Of a stretch of 64,000 nucleotides of DNA, positions 10,793-21,283 are shown piece after piece. Source of the stretch: a bacterium. GTDB taxonomy: Bacteria > UBA8248. The stretch's first letter is position 1. Every line of letters starts with the position of its first letter. The stretch spans positions 224,001 through 288,000 of the forward strand of contig CBDCRP010000002.1 of NCBI GenBank assembly GCA_965221165.1. The letters run 5' to 3'. The notes under the pieces are model-generated. The model was given only the letters and a program-made list of their open reading frames with translations, was not told the origin of the DNA and did no database searches. The position numbers and the translations under genes were made by a program.

Positions 10793-11215
10793 TCAAAATG
10801 GTATGTCGTCGTCCATCATGGGTGAGTCCTGGGGCGGCGGCGCGTAAGACTCCGCTCTTCCCGACCCGCCTCCTCCCGTCGTCTCGTCTCGGCGGGAGAT
10901 GAAATGAATGTTATTCGCCACAACCTCATGCTTGCTTCGCCTCGAGCCATCCTGGGCTTCCCATGAGCGGAAACTCAAACGACCTTCCACAACGAGCGGG
11001 CTGCCCTTTCCCGCCTGCTCCATCACCCAATCGCCTTGCCGTCCAAAGACAACCACGTCCACGAAGCATGTATCTTCTTTCCAATCATCTCCACTGCGAT
11101 ACCGCCGATTGACCGCGAAACCGAAAGAAACCACGGAATTGCCGGAGGGCAAAAACCGCTTTTCAGGATCGCGCGTCATGTTGCCACGAAGATAAACGGA
11201 ATTCATTTGGGCCAT
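10793..11215 (-). CDS. ssb: Single-stranded DNA-binding protein
   Basis: GNMTRDPE OB-fold start and DDDIPF C-terminus; start moved to ATG at 11215. Confidence 0.98.
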   Translation of the reverse strand: MAQMNSVYLRGNMTRDPEKRFLPSGNSVVSFGFAVNRRYRSGDDWKEDTCFVDVVVFGRQGDWVMEQAGKGSPLVVEGRLSFRSWEAQDGSRRSKHEVVANNIHFISRRDETTGGGGSGRAESYAPPPQDSPMMDDDIPF

Positions 11216-11225
11216 AACGATATCC

Positions 11226-11642
11226 CTACGATTTAGGAGCACGCGACGAGGCGGACTCGGATCGCCTCGGAGAATCACCGTCTCTACCTTCCGAAGCCCC
11301 CTCTCTTTCCCTGGCGGCCGCGCTTTTTGCGTTTTTCTCCAGCTTTCTCAGGAGGGCTTCGTCTATTCGCACCGTCATATAGCGCCACGTCTCTTCATCG
11401 ATGCGCATATCGCGCTCGATATCCGTGACGACCCCTGGTTCTGAATGATAGCTGACGATGAAATAGATGCCGTGACGCTGGCGGTTGATTGGGTAGGCGA
11501 GGCGCTTCTTGCCCCATCGATCCACGTTCAATACTTCTCCGCCCCCTTCCGTCACCTTCTTCTCGAAACCGGAAATTTTCTCTTCCACGGTTTCTTCGGT
11601 GAGTTCCGGGGACAACAAAACCATTGTTTCGTACTGTCTCAT
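11226..11642 (-). CDS. rpsF: 30S ribosomal protein S6
   Basis: MRQYE and WGKKRLAYPI motifs; first gene of rpsF-ssb-rpsR-rplI. Confidence 0.98.
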   Translation of the reverse strand: MRQYETMVLLSPELTEETVEEKISGFEKKVTEGGGEVLNVDRWGKKRLAYPINRQRHGIYFIVSYHSEPGVVTDIERDMRIDEETWRYMTVRIDEALLRKLEKNAKSAAAREREGASEGRDGDSPRRSESASSRAPKS

Positions 11643-11700
11643 CTAGTCCTCCTCCCGGACTGAGCGGCCCCGGCCTTGCCGACCGGAGCGAGGAGCCAAT
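11643..11700 (-). promoter_or_regulatory. S6:S18-binding rpsF leader RNA (cis-regulatory)
   Basis: Minus strand reads GCTCCTCG-CTCCGGTC..GGCCGGGG-CCGCTCAGTCC-GGGAGGAG-actag-ATG. An anti-SD CTCCT can pair with the SD around an inner hairpin and CCG, as in known rpsF leaders. Confidence 0.75.
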
Positions 11701-11793
11701 AATGGCCGAAGGTTAGCACACATGCCCCCGGCGGGCCATAGCGTCTCCAAAAGGTGCTGAAAATTCTACTTTGCTCCCAACAACCCGCTTTCG

Positions 11794-13791
11794 CTAGAAA
11801 AGCGGCGCCAATACGAGAGAGACGATGGACATCAACTTAATCAGGATGTTCATCGATGGACCCGAAGTATCCTTCATCGGGTCTCCCACCGTATCGCCCA
11901 CGACCGCGGCCTTATGGGCTTCGGAGCCCTTGCCGCCGAGCTTGCCGTCTTCTATCTCTTTTTTCGCGTTATCCCAGGCTCCGCCGGCATTCGCCATCAG
12001 CAAAGCGACGAGAACACCCGAGAGCAAGGCGCCTGCGAGCATTCCGCCCAGGGCCTCTTTGCCCATGAGATAACCCACCACGATGGGGGCGACGACGGCC
12101 GTAATGCCCGGGAGTACCATTTCCCTGAGAGCGGCCTGGGTGCTGATATCGATGCAGCGCGCGCTGTCGGGGTCTGCGGTGCCCTCCATGATGCCGGGAA
12201 TCTCGCGGAACTGCCGCCTGATTTCCTGAATCATGATGAACGCGGCCTTGCCGACGGATTTCATGGTGAGCGCGCCGATCAGGAACGGGATCGCGCCGCC
12301 GATGAACATGCCGGCCACCACCTTCGCCTCCGTGAGATTGATCTGCTGCAGATCGGCCGCTTTCGTGTACGCGGCGTAAAAAGCCAGAGCCGTCAGGGCG
12401 GCGGAGCCGATCGCGAATCCCTTGCCCATGGCCGCCGTGGTATTCCCCAGCGCGTCCAGGCCATCCGTAATCTTTCGCGTCTCCGGCCCCAACTCGCTCA
12501 TTTCCGTGATTCCGCCCGCGTTATCGGCAATCGGACCATAGGCATCGACCGACATCGTGATGCCAATCGTCGCCAACATTCCCACGGCGGCGATGGATAT
12601 GCCGTAGAGACCCGCCCAAGCATTCGAAACCAGGGTAACCATCGCCAATACGATCAAGGGAGCGCACACGCTCTCTAAACCTATCGCAAAGCCGCTAATG
12701 ATATTTGTCGCCACCCCGGTCTCGGACGCGGCGACGATTTCGCCAACGGGCTTTCCGCCCGTTCCGGTGTAATACTCGGTCAGCCAGCCAATCAAAACGC
12801 CGCCGCCCGCGCCGAAGAGAACGGAGCCGAACACGCCGGTCTTCAGCCCCAGGGCGTTCGTGATGAAATAAGCCAGGATGATGAATATGACCGTTGCGAT
12901 TCCGGTGGCGCTTCTGAGCGCGACAGCCGGGTTTTTCGAGGCCAGCACCTTCATCGAGGCGATGCCGACCGAAGAAGCCATCAGACCCATCATGGCCAAG
13001 AGCAGGGGCAACGCCATCGCCGCCGAGCTGTTGGCCCCCAGTACCGTGCCTACGGTGGAGCCGATGAATATCGTCGAAATGATGGCGCCGACGTAAGACT
13101 CGAACAGATCGGCTCCCATCCCGGCTACGTCGCCCACGCAATCTCCTACGTTGTCGGCGATTACGGCGGGGTTTCTCGGGTCGTCCTCGGGGATGTTCGC
13201 CTCCACCTTACCGACGAGGTCCGCGCCCACGTCGGCGGTTTTGGTGAAAATGCCGCCGCCCACACGCGCGAACAGCGCGATGGAGCTGGCGCCCATGGAG
13301 AAACCGTTGATAACAGTTACGTTACCGGGATCCTTGAGTACGTCGAAATACCAGAACAACACGCCCACGCCCAAAAGCCCCAGGCTCGCGACGGAAAGAC
13401 CCATGACGGTTCCGCCGAAGAAAGCCATGGAGAGAGCTCCCGCCTGACCACCGCCCGAATTCGCGGCCGCCGCCGTTCTCACGTTCGCTTTCGTGGCCGC
13501 GTTCATACCGAAAAAACCGGCGAGAACCGAACAGATGGCGCCGACGATGAACGCCGCGCCCGTTTTCGGGGATATGGCGACGCTCAAGAGAATGAAGACG
13601 ACCACGACGAAAATCGCAAGAATCTTGTATTCCCTTTTCAAGAACACCATTGCGCCGTCATGAATCTGTCCGGCGAGTTTGCGCATCAAATCATTGCCGT
13701 CGGATTGTTTTGAAATCCACCTATAAATCGCCGCCGCCAGAACCAACCCCGCAATCCCGAAGATTGCGGCCATGTTTGAGAAAGCAACCAT
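11794..13791 (-). CDS. hppA: Membrane-bound cation-translocating pyrophosphatase (K+-dependent type)
   Basis: [28 protein letters not shown] and [10 protein letters not shown] motifs. Confidence 0.97.
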   Translation of the reverse strand: MVAFSNMAAIFGIAGLVLAAAIYRWISKQSDGNDLMRKLAGQIHDGAMVFLKREYKILAIFVVVVFILLSVAISPKTGAAFIVGAICSVLAGFFGMNAATKANVRTAAAANSGGGQAGALSMAFFGGTVMGLSVASLGLLGVGVLFWYFDVLKDPGNVTVINGFSMGASSIALFARVGGGIFTKTADVGADLVGKVEANIPEDDPRNPAVIADNVGDCVGDVAGMGADLFESYVGAIISTIFIGSTVGTVLGANSSAAMALPLLLAMMGLMASSVGIASMKVLASKNPAVALRSATGIATVIFIILAYFITNALGLKTGVFGSVLFGAGGGVLIGWLTEYYTGTGGKPVGEIVAASETGVATNIISGFAIGLESVCAPLIVLAMVTLVSNAWAGLYGISIAAVGMLATIGITMSVDAYGPIADNAGGITEMSELGPETRKITDGLDALGNTTAAMGKGFAIGSAALTALAFYAAYTKAADLQQINLTEAKVVAGMFIGGAIPFLIGALTMKSVGKAAFIMIQEIRRQFREIPGIMEGTADPDSARCIDISTQAALREMVLPGITAVVAPIVVGYLMGKEALGGMLAGALLSGVLVALLMANAGGAWDNAKKEIEDGKLGGKGSEAHKAAVVGDTVGDPMKDTSGPSMNILIKLMSIVSLVLAPLF

Positions 13792-13888
13792 TATCTCCCC
13801 TTCCTCCTCCGAATGGGCCTAGTGAGCCTGTTTATGCGAGAGGTATTTGGACGGTTATTTTTCTAATGCCAAAATTTGCAAAACAAAT

Positions 13889-14434
13889 TCAGGACCTGCC
13901 GCCGACAACAAAATCAGACGCACGTTGCACCGCCTCATCGACTGCGGGCTCCACCGCTTCCAATTCACTATCCAGGAAAGAACCCAACAACCAATCCACG
14001 CCGTCTATTCTCTTCGGCGGCCTACCCACGCCGATGCGCAAGCGAGAAAACAAATCCGTACCCAATGAGTGGATGATGCTGCCGATGCCATGATGACCCG
14101 CGTCTCCACCCGATTTCTTGAACTGCACACGACCAAGTTCGATATCCATATCGTCGTGCACTACAAGCAAATCTTTAGGTTCCAAGCCTTCCCCAAGCAG
14201 GAGGGCTCTCACGGCCTTGCCGCTTAGATTCATAAATGTTTGGGGCTTCGCGAGTATGAATTTCCACCCTCGCAACGAGCCATTGCCCACAACGGAATGG
14301 TGCTTCGAACCGCTCATCGATACGCGATGGGCGCGGGCCATTCTATCCACCGCCCAGAATCCCAGATTGTGCCTCGTCAACGCATACTCTGTTCCAGGGT
14401 TACCGAGACCAACGATCAAGACAGCAGCAGCCAT
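13889..14434 (-). CDS. pth: Peptidyl-tRNA hydrolase
   Basis: VGLGNPG, TRHNLGF, PQTFMNLSG and RLRIGVGRP motifs. Confidence 0.97.
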   Translation of the reverse strand: MAAAVLIVGLGNPGTEYALTRHNLGFWAVDRMARAHRVSMSGSKHHSVVGNGSLRGWKFILAKPQTFMNLSGKAVRALLLGEGLEPKDLLVVHDDMDIELGRVQFKKSGGDAGHHGIGSIIHSLGTDLFSRLRIGVGRPPKRIDGVDWLLGSFLDSELEAVEPAVDEAVQRASDFVVGGRS

Positions 14435-14476
14435 CCGCTCCCCAGTTTTCTCTTTTCCGGCTTCCTACGAGGACCC

Positions 14477-15154
14477 TCAGTCGGAAGATTCGGCCGGTTT
14501 GTCTCCTTCATCCTCCGCAGTCCCGGAATCCGGCGCATCTTCTCCTTCCGCCCCCGCTTCGAGGAATTCATCCTCGACTTCTTCCTCTTCCTCTTCGACA
14601 GGCGCCATGACCGTCACGACAGGCTCATCGGGATCAGCGACCAAATCAACCTCTTCGGGAAGCTGCAAATCACGCACGTGGATCACATCGCCAATATCAA
14701 TGCCCGAGATATCGACCTCCACTTGCTCGGGAATGGCGTTCGGCAGACACTCGATATCCAATTCGCGCAACAATTGAGAGAGCGTCCCGCCCATTTTCTC
14801 TCCGGGGGACTCACCCTCCAGGGAGAGGGGTACGGAGATCTGAATCTTCTCATCCATCCGAATTTCCAGAAAATCCGCATGAACAATCGCATCCATCATC
14901 GGGTCGCGCTGGAGTTCTTTCACGATAACCGGACGCTCCGACCTGGATTCGCCCTCGACATTGAGCTGGAAAACGACGTTGCTGCCGGCTCCCGTGCCGA
15001 GCAAAGTCTCCAGTTCCTTTGGTTTAATGCTCAAAGGCGTAGAATCTTTTATGCCATACACGACGCCTGGTATATTTCCGGCTCTCCTCACCGCACGGGC
15101 GCCGCGCTTCCCCGTTTGCGTTCTTACATCGACCGAGAGAGATAAATTTTCCAT
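14477..15154 (-). CDS. rplY: 50S ribosomal protein L25/Ctc
   Basis: IPGVVYG and HADF motifs, plus Ctc C-domain; lies between prs and pth. Confidence 0.96.
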   Translation of the reverse strand: MENLSLSVDVRTQTGKRGARAVRRAGNIPGVVYGIKDSTPLSIKPKELETLLGTGAGSNVVFQLNVEGESRSERPVIVKELQRDPMMDAIVHADFLEIRMDEKIQISVPLSLEGESPGEKMGGTLSQLLRELDIECLPNAIPEQVEVDISGIDIGDVIHVRDLQLPEEVDLVADPDEPVVTVMAPVEEEEEEVEDEFLEAGAEGEDAPDSGTAEDEGDKPAESSD

Positions 15155-15187
15155 TTTTTACTCCAGATATATCGCCGACCAGAATAG

Positions 15188-16132
15188 TTATTCAAACAAA
15201 CTGCTGACGGACGCGTTCTCGTGAATTCGGCGAATCGCTTCAGCCAAAAGCATCCCCACCTCCAGGACTTTAATGCGAGAGCAACTCTTCGCTTTCTCCG
15301 AAAGTGGTATCGAATTGGTTACGACAAATTCGACGATGCCCGAATTCTCGATTCTCTCCACCGCCGGACCCGACAAGACCGCATGCGTACAACATGCGTG
15401 CACTTGCCGCGCTCCGGCTTTCATGAGCGCCTCGGCGCCCTGGCTTATGGTGCCCGCCGTATCGCAAAGATCATCCACGACCAGAACGTCGCATCCCTTG
15501 ACGTCACCGATAATGTTCATCACTTCCGATTCGTTCCCCCGCTCCCGCCGCTTGTCGATAATCCCAAGCCCCGCGTTCACCCTCCTCGCATAGGCCCGGG
15601 CTCTCTCGACGCCCCCGGCGTCGGGTGAAACGACAACCAGATCCTTGAGATCCTTCTTCTTGAAATACTCTACCATGATAGGCACCGAATACAGATGGTC
15701 CACGGGAATATCGAAAAAACCCTGTATCTGGCCCGCATGCAAATCCATGGTGATGACGCGGTCCGCACCCGAGGCGGCCAGCAGGTTGGCGACGAGCTTC
15801 GCCGTAATCGGCACTCGAGGCTGCACCTTCCGGTCCTGGCGGGCGTATGCGAAATAGGGAATTACTGCGGTAATACGCTCGGCCGATGAGCGCCTGAACG
15901 CATCGAGCATGATGAGCATTTCCATCAGGTTCGCATTCCCCGGGGTGCACAAACTCTGCACGGCGAACACATCCGCCCCCCGGATGTTTTCCTGTATGCG
16001 GACAAATGTTTCACCATCGCTGAAATCAATGATTTCAATCTCTCCGGGTTGAATGCCCAAAGCTGTAAAAATGCTCTGGTTCAGCCCCGGATTCGAGCGT
16101 CCGCCGAATACCTTTAACTGATGTCCCGTCAC
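15188..16132 (-). CDS. prs: Ribose-phosphate pyrophosphokinase
   Basis: [23 protein letters not shown] and SPDAGG motifs. Confidence 0.99.
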   Translation of the reverse strand: MTGHQLKVFGGRSNPGLNQSIFTALGIQPGEIEIIDFSDGETFVRIQENIRGADVFAVQSLCTPGNANLMEMLIMLDAFRRSSAERITAVIPYFAYARQDRKVQPRVPITAKLVANLLAASGADRVITMDLHAGQIQGFFDIPVDHLYSVPIMVEYFKKKDLKDLVVVSPDAGGVERARAYARRVNAGLGIIDKRRERGNESEVMNIIGDVKGCDVLVVDDLCDTAGTISQGAEALMKAGARQVHACCTHAVLSGPAVERIENSGIVEFVVTNSIPLSEKAKSCSRIKVLEVGMLLAEAIRRIHENASVSSLFE

Positions 16133-16220
16133 CGTTCCTACCCATTATACTATTGGTAATTCAACCACAAAGAGCGATTTTGATACTTGATTTTCCGGGC
16201 GGAGGCAAGTGGTGGGAGGA

Positions 16221-16280
16221 GAAATTCTCTCTATTTCCCGTTTTTTTGCGAATTTTACCTCATTTTTCGGTTTTTTTACT
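16221..16280. promoter_or_regulatory. Phased T-tract array (10-bp period) upstream of prs
   Basis: Six consecutive decamers each carry a T-run; TATAAT lies on the minus strand at 16144-16149. Confidence 0.5.
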
Positions 16281-17187
16281 TAAAACACATCTCCTGGAGC
16301 GGGGTGGCCACGAAGCATTCGCATCTTTTTCCCTCCTCGCTCTTCTTGATGCCGATTGCCGCCCGCCGGGCTTCTCCCTTTCGGCGAAAAAAACCGAAAA
16401 TCGTCGAACCGCTCCCACTCATCATGGCCCTTTTGGCGCCGTGGCGAACGAGCATTCCGCACAGGTTCTCCAGATCGGGATATTTCGGGAAAACGACTTC
16501 CTGCAAGTCATTGCCATATTCATACCGCCCAAGGCGCGCCGGGTCTTTCCCTTTCTCGAAAACGCACCCCTCCCGGTCGAGCTCCCCACGAGACCAGGCG
16601 TAGACATCCTGCGTGGATAGCGCTACGGGCGGCTTGACCAGCAAGAACCAACCACTCCTCAAAGTTTCTTTCGCCTCGACCCGCTCGCCCCGCCCCCGGC
16701 AGACCGCCGCCGGTCCGCCGAGAAAAAACGGAACATCCGAACCTATGCGCGCGGCCACCTCCGCCAACTCCGCCTTGCGCATCCCGAGTTTCCACACCCG
16801 GTTCAACGCCCAAAGCGCTCCCGCCGCATTGCCGCTACCCCCGCCCAGACCTGCGCCCGCAGGAATGTTCTTCTTCAAATAGATGCGCGCGCCGAGCGCT
16901 TTTCTCCCCGACGCCTCCCGCAAGGCGCTCGCGGCGCGATGCACGATATTCTCCCTGCCACCCGGAACGTCACCTCGATCCGCATACACGAGAATCCTCT
17001 TTCCGCTCGGCTCGATGCGAATCTCGTCATACAGAGATATCTGCTGCATCCATGTAACGACTTCGTGGTAGCCATCGGCGCGCAGACCCAGAATCTTCAA
17101 GCACAAGTTGAGCTTCGCAGGCGTCCTGAAAACCACGGATTCGGGAATATCTTCGCCGTTCATGAAACGCGCTACCCTCCCAGCCAT
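16276..17187 (-). CDS. ispE: 4-diphosphocytidyl-2-C-methyl-D-erythritol kinase
   Basis: PAKLNLCL, KNIPAGAGLGGGS, GSDVPFF and MSGSGST motifs. Confidence 0.97.
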   Translation of the reverse strand: MAGRVARFMNGEDIPESVVFRTPAKLNLCLKILGLRADGYHEVVTWMQQISLYDEIRIEPSGKRILVYADRGDVPGGRENIVHRAASALREASGRKALGARIYLKKNIPAGAGLGGGSGNAAGALWALNRVWKLGMRKAELAEVAARIGSDVPFFLGGPAAVCRGRGERVEAKETLRSGWFLLVKPPVALSTQDVYAWSRGELDREGCVFEKGKDPARLGRYEYGNDLQEVVFPKYPDLENLCGMLVRHGAKRAMMSGSGSTIFGFFRRKGEARRAAIGIKKSEEGKRCECFVATPLQEMCFK

Positions 17188-18002
17188 AGCGTCTTGGCGC
17201 CCCGAGGAGGCTCCAAGCGAAACAATTCGTCCGGAAGTACGGCGTTCACCGCTCCCTCATCGGCGGAATACGAGATATGGAGCCGATTCTTCCCCTCCGG
17301 TCCGAGTATCTCCACATGCGAGGGACGCCACACTCCCCCGGCCTTGGAAAACACGCCATAGCCAACCACAATCGCGCCACGCCGCGTGCGAATCTCCATT
17401 TTCAGTGGATGCAAAGCCTGAGGCTCCAATTCGACGGAACCCGAAACCGCCTCTCCGGTTCCTCGCTTCGTCTCGAGCAGATAGGCGGAACCCGATTTTT
17501 GTAAATCAAGATTTTCCTCACCCCCCAGCACGGTCGCCCAATCTCCCAGCAACAGCCTTACGAAAATTCCGCTGTTCAGCGGGATGCCCAGAATCCGCCC
17601 GATTCCCCGCCTGTTCGTCCTGCCCATGTACATGGCGTTGCGCGAGGGGGAATAGGCGCGAAACCAGCCGCCTTGCGCGACAACGACCACCAGAGACGTC
17701 CCGAACGGCGAGAGAGGTTCGAGCCGCAGCGAGTCCGGCGCACGCAGGACCATCACCGCCTGGCCGGAAAACGACCCCTCGGGAACCAGAGGATTCGCGA
17801 GTCTCGTTTTCGCCCGGGCGTCGTGAAACCGCAACTGCATGAATGCGATGCCCCGATATGCGTGGGGGTATCGTCTCTGCCTTAGTTTGGCGAGTATTTC
17901 CGCCCTTGACAGGTCGCGCGGCGGAACCTTCCCTACTTGCCGGCCCAGGCAACCGGCCATGCCGAGACATAAGAACACTACAAAAAGGCGCAAGGCTCGC
18001 AA
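17172..18002 (-). CDS. LolB-like/DUF4292 lipoprotein
   Basis: Lipobox MAGC and LRLE..SPFG motif; occupies the usual lolB position between the TPR gene and ispE. Confidence 0.6.
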   Translation of the reverse strand: MRALRLFVVFLCLGMAGCLGRQVGKVPPRDLSRAEILAKLRQRRYPHAYRGIAFMQLRFHDARAKTRLANPLVPEGSFSGQAVMVLRAPDSLRLEPLSPFGTSLVVVVAQGGWFRAYSPSRNAMYMGRTNRRGIGRILGIPLNSGIFVRLLLGDWATVLGGEENLDLQKSGSAYLLETKRGTGEAVSGSVELEPQALHPLKMEIRTRRGAIVVGYGVFSKAGGVWRPSHVEILGPEGKNRLHISYSADEGAVNAVLPDELFRLEPPRGAKTLWLGG

Positions 18003-18088
18003 AAATCAAACATCCCTGGAGAGAGGAATCAAGAAAATCCTGAAAGGAACCAACGGACGCGGCCAAATGGTCAAAGAATCAAATATCC

Positions 18089-19837
18089 CTACATGAGAGG
18101 TTTTTTCTCTATCGGGAGATGCATTTGAATCTTTTTTTTCAGTTCTTTATTTTTCGGGTCCGCCTCGGAAGCGCGCTTCCAATGGAGAAGCGCTTTTTCG
18201 AAATTGTTCAAGGCGAGATATATGTCGCCCAGGTGGTCGAGGATCACCGCATCCTTCGGCATCTTCGTCACCGCGTGCCGAACCTTCACGAGCGCTTCCT
18301 TGAAGCGGCCCTGACGGTAGTAGACCCACCCGATGCTGTCGAGGAAAGCGGCGTTTTCAGGCTCAACCGCCAAGGCGCGATCCAGAAGTCCTTCCGCCTC
18401 CTCGAGGTTCCTGTTGAGCTCAGAGAACATATAGCCCAGCAAATTGAGGGCGTTGGCATGTTTTGGGTTTTTTTGAATGATTTTCCGCGTCGTCGCCTCT
18501 ACGTCATCCCAGTGCTTGAGTTCGTAAAACACCGTGGAGAGCGAATACAAATACCCCACCCGGTCGGGCTTTAGTTTCACCGCTTTTTGAAGATAGGGAA
18601 GAGCTTCGGCGAACTTCTTTTGTCTGGACAGAAGCAAACCGCGCGTATAATGCACCCGTTCCTGGTCGGGGTGGTGCTTTTCGGCCTGATCCAAAATGCC
18701 GCTCGCCTTCTTCCATTTTTTCTGGTCGACGTACAGCCAGGCGAGTTGGATTTGCCCATCCAGGGATTTCGGAATCAGCGACAATAATTCGAGAAGTTCC
18801 TCCTCGGCGAGCGCATATTGCTTCAACTCCTCGTAAACCCTCGCAACATACCGGCGAACCAGCTCGTCTTTCGGTTTTCTCGCCAAAACGAATCGAAATT
18901 CCCGAAGGGCATCCTGATATTCTCTTTGATCAAAGCTCAAAAAACCGAGGGTCTTGTGTACTTCCACATTGTCGGGCTCTTTCGAACTGAGGACTTTGAA
19001 TTCCTTCAGGGCGTGCTTGTAATTCTTCTTGCGGATATAAAGCCGCCCCAGACGAGAGCGAATAATCCTGTTGCCGGGGTCGATTTTCTGCGCTTTTTTG
19101 TAGGTGGCCTCCGCCTCGTCGAAGTTTTCTTGCGCTTCATAGATTCTGGCAAGCAGGAGGATTCCTCGCGTGAATTTCGGTTGATGCTCAAGGAGTTTGA
19201 AAATCACCTTCTTTGCGTCTTTATATTTTTTCAAGCCCGCATAGGCCTGCGCCAGATAGAATCTGCCAAGCACGGGCCTTCTCCCCGACTCAACGAGGAC
19301 CTCGAACGTCTCGGAGGCTTGGAGATATTTGCCCAGTTCCAGGTAGGCGGTGCCCAGGAGCAGGCGCGTCTCCTGATGCCCAGGGCTCATCTTCAGCAAC
19401 TTGCGATACGTGGCGACGGCTTTGTCCAGCTTCATCCGAGAAGCGTATATGCCCCCCAGGACGAAGTGGGCCTCCAGGTTCCTGGAATCCTGCGCCGTCG
19501 CCTGGAGAGCGAACTTCTCGGCCCCGGCCAATTTCCCCTGACGGACGAGAAGCGATGCCAGACGAGTCGACAGAAAAGAGGAGTTCGGGTTGTTCTTGAC
19601 TGCCTGAAGATAGGACGACTCCGCGTCTTTCAGGTTTCCCGCCAATTCTTCCCGATATCCGGAGATGAAATGAAAATAGGATTTCGACGCTACCTTTATT
19701 TTGGCTGGAATCGGGCGGAGTTTGACTGCGGGCGCACGCATCACCTCCGGCTCCAGCGGCACGCATCCCGATAGAATCAGAACGAGGGGCAACACCAACT
19801 TGCCATAAAATTTGATCATCAAATGCGACCTCTCCAA
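18089..19837 (-). CDS. TPR-repeat lipoprotein
   Basis: Lipobox LSGC, many TPRs and ALNLLGY...FLDSIGWVYY; start may be 19819. Confidence 0.88.
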   Translation of the reverse strand: MERSHLMIKFYGKLVLPLVLILSGCVPLEPEVMRAPAVKLRPIPAKIKVASKSYFHFISGYREELAGNLKDAESSYLQAVKNNPNSSFLSTRLASLLVRQGKLAGAEKFALQATAQDSRNLEAHFVLGGIYASRMKLDKAVATYRKLLKMSPGHQETRLLLGTAYLELGKYLQASETFEVLVESGRRPVLGRFYLAQAYAGLKKYKDAKKVIFKLLEHQPKFTRGILLLARIYEAQENFDEAEATYKKAQKIDPGNRIIRSRLGRLYIRKKNYKHALKEFKVLSSKEPDNVEVHKTLGFLSFDQREYQDALREFRFVLARKPKDELVRRYVARVYEELKQYALAEEELLELLSLIPKSLDGQIQLAWLYVDQKKWKKASGILDQAEKHHPDQERVHYTRGLLLSRQKKFAEALPYLQKAVKLKPDRVGYLYSLSTVFYELKHWDDVEATTRKIIQKNPKHANALNLLGYMFSELNRNLEEAEGLLDRALAVEPENAAFLDSIGWVYYRQGRFKEALVKVRHAVTKMPKDAVILDHLGDIYLALNNFEKALLHWKRASEADPKNKELKKKIQMHLPIEKKPLM

Positions 19838-19858
19838 CTACTTCCCATGCCTGGCGTA

Positions 19859-20395
19859 TTATAGGGAATTCTCATGCGTTCGAATATGACGGATGAGTTT
19901 TTCCGCCGCCTGGCGTAATTGCTCATCCCCCACGTCGGCAATGGCGTTTTCTATGGCGGCGTCATCAAAGGAGGAAATCGGCGTCGCTTTTCTGAAAAAA
20001 GCCGCCGATTCACTCTTCTCCTCATCATAGTCATACGCGAGCCCTGCGTTCGACAGCCTGAAGCGAATCTCACTGATGCGGGAATCCTCGATGTGCTCAT
20101 TGATTCTCGCCAGCAATTCCTGCTTTCTCAACTCGAGCTCTTGCATCCAGCTCGAATCCGCGACTTCCACGTGCAGGCAATTGTTCCTGAGAAAAACCGG
20201 CCGGGCCGCGCGTGAGATACCCTCGCCCACGGCCCTCGACCAGACGCGGAACACGAAATTATTGGCCAGCCGTCTACCCCAGGACTCTTTTTGGCGCAAC
20301 TCTCTCAGGATAGACGAAAACGCTCTGGGTTTCGAGAAGGGGCCCTTAGCCACTCGGGACGTCCTTTTTCTCGGGGCTCTTGGCGATTGCGCCAT
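19859..20395 (-). CDS. dciA: DUF721/DciA family protein
   Basis: W..AVG..I...ARP...L.VEV.DSSWMQEL...IRF pattern. Confidence 0.8.
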   Translation of the reverse strand: MAQSPRAPRKRTSRVAKGPFSKPRAFSSILRELRQKESWGRRLANNFVFRVWSRAVGEGISRAARPVFLRNNCLHVEVADSSWMQELELRKQELLARINEHIEDSRISEIRFRLSNAGLAYDYDEEKSESAAFFRKATPISSFDDAAIENAIADVGDEQLRQAAEKLIRHIRTHENSL

Positions 20396-21059
20396 TGTGC
20401 ATTTCAGAAATTTCCCTCATCACGCGATCGATAATCTTCTGGCTCGCCTCTTTCGTGCTGGCGATGGCGTACTCGTCCTCTAAATCCATGGGCTCGCCGA
20501 ATCGTATCTCGATTCTCGCTCCTCGGCGGGGCATGGTTTTTCCCACCGGAATCACCTGGTCGGTTCCCTTCACCGAGACGGGCACGACCGTGGGGGTGGT
20601 GTTTCTCACGATTCGGCCCACCATCCGGTTCCCCCGCATCAGGCTCCCGTCGCGGCTGCGCGTACCCTCGGGGTAGAGTATCACTTTTCCTTCCCGGATA
20701 TATTCCTCAATCATCCGGATGGACTTTCTGTCCGCCCCGCCCCGTTTTACGGGAAAACCCCGCCATTTGCTCAATATCCAGCCCACGACGGGGAGTTCGA
20801 AAAGCTCCTCCTTGCCCGCCTGGCGAATCAGTTCCCTGGGGTATTTCGCATAGATGATCCAGGGTATCACCAGAACGTCCAGCGCGGAGATGTGATTGCT
20901 CAGAAAAAGGACGTTGCCGCCCGGGGGGATGTTCTCCGTTCCGATGATTTTGGGAATCGTGAATACGCGCACCAACAAACCCACGAACAGGAGCCCGAGC
21001 CGTATCATCAATCGTTCCATGAATGGACCCGTACCCACGATCAACTCGGAAGTCCCCAA
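20346..21059 (-). CDS. plsC: 1-acyl-sn-glycerol-3-phosphate acyltransferase
   Basis: NHISALD, K.ELF and YPEGTRS motifs; true start probably downstream (about 21020). Confidence 0.88.
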   Translation of the reverse strand: MGTSELIVGTGPFMERLMIRLGLLFVGLLVRVFTIPKIIGTENIPPGGNVLFLSNHISALDVLVIPWIIYAKYPRELIRQAGKEELFELPVVGWILSKWRGFPVKRGGADRKSIRMIEEYIREGKVILYPEGTRSRDGSLMRGNRMVGRIVRNTTPTVVPVSVKGTDQVIPVGKTMPRRGARIEIRFGEPMDLEDEYAIASTKEASQKIIDRVMREISEMHNGAIAKSPEKKDVPSG

Positions 21060-21283
21060 TCATTCAGACATGCGGAAACAATAAATTTCATGATTTTCAA
21101 CAGTCGAACCACCCAGAAGGCGCAGGGCGCAACAACGCGCATACGGACGGAGCGTTATTATATCCCTTATGACGGGAAAGAACACAAGGGGAGACGGAAA
21201 ATGAGGTTGCCCGGTGAAGAAGGGGGTGCAATAATTCGCCCGCTTTCAGGAGAGTGGCCGTTGGCCCGAGAGGAGAATTTTGC

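Noticed and set aside
16133-16275. tRNA-Gln between ispE and prs
   Set aside because: No T-loop GTTCGA or acceptor stem visible on either strand.
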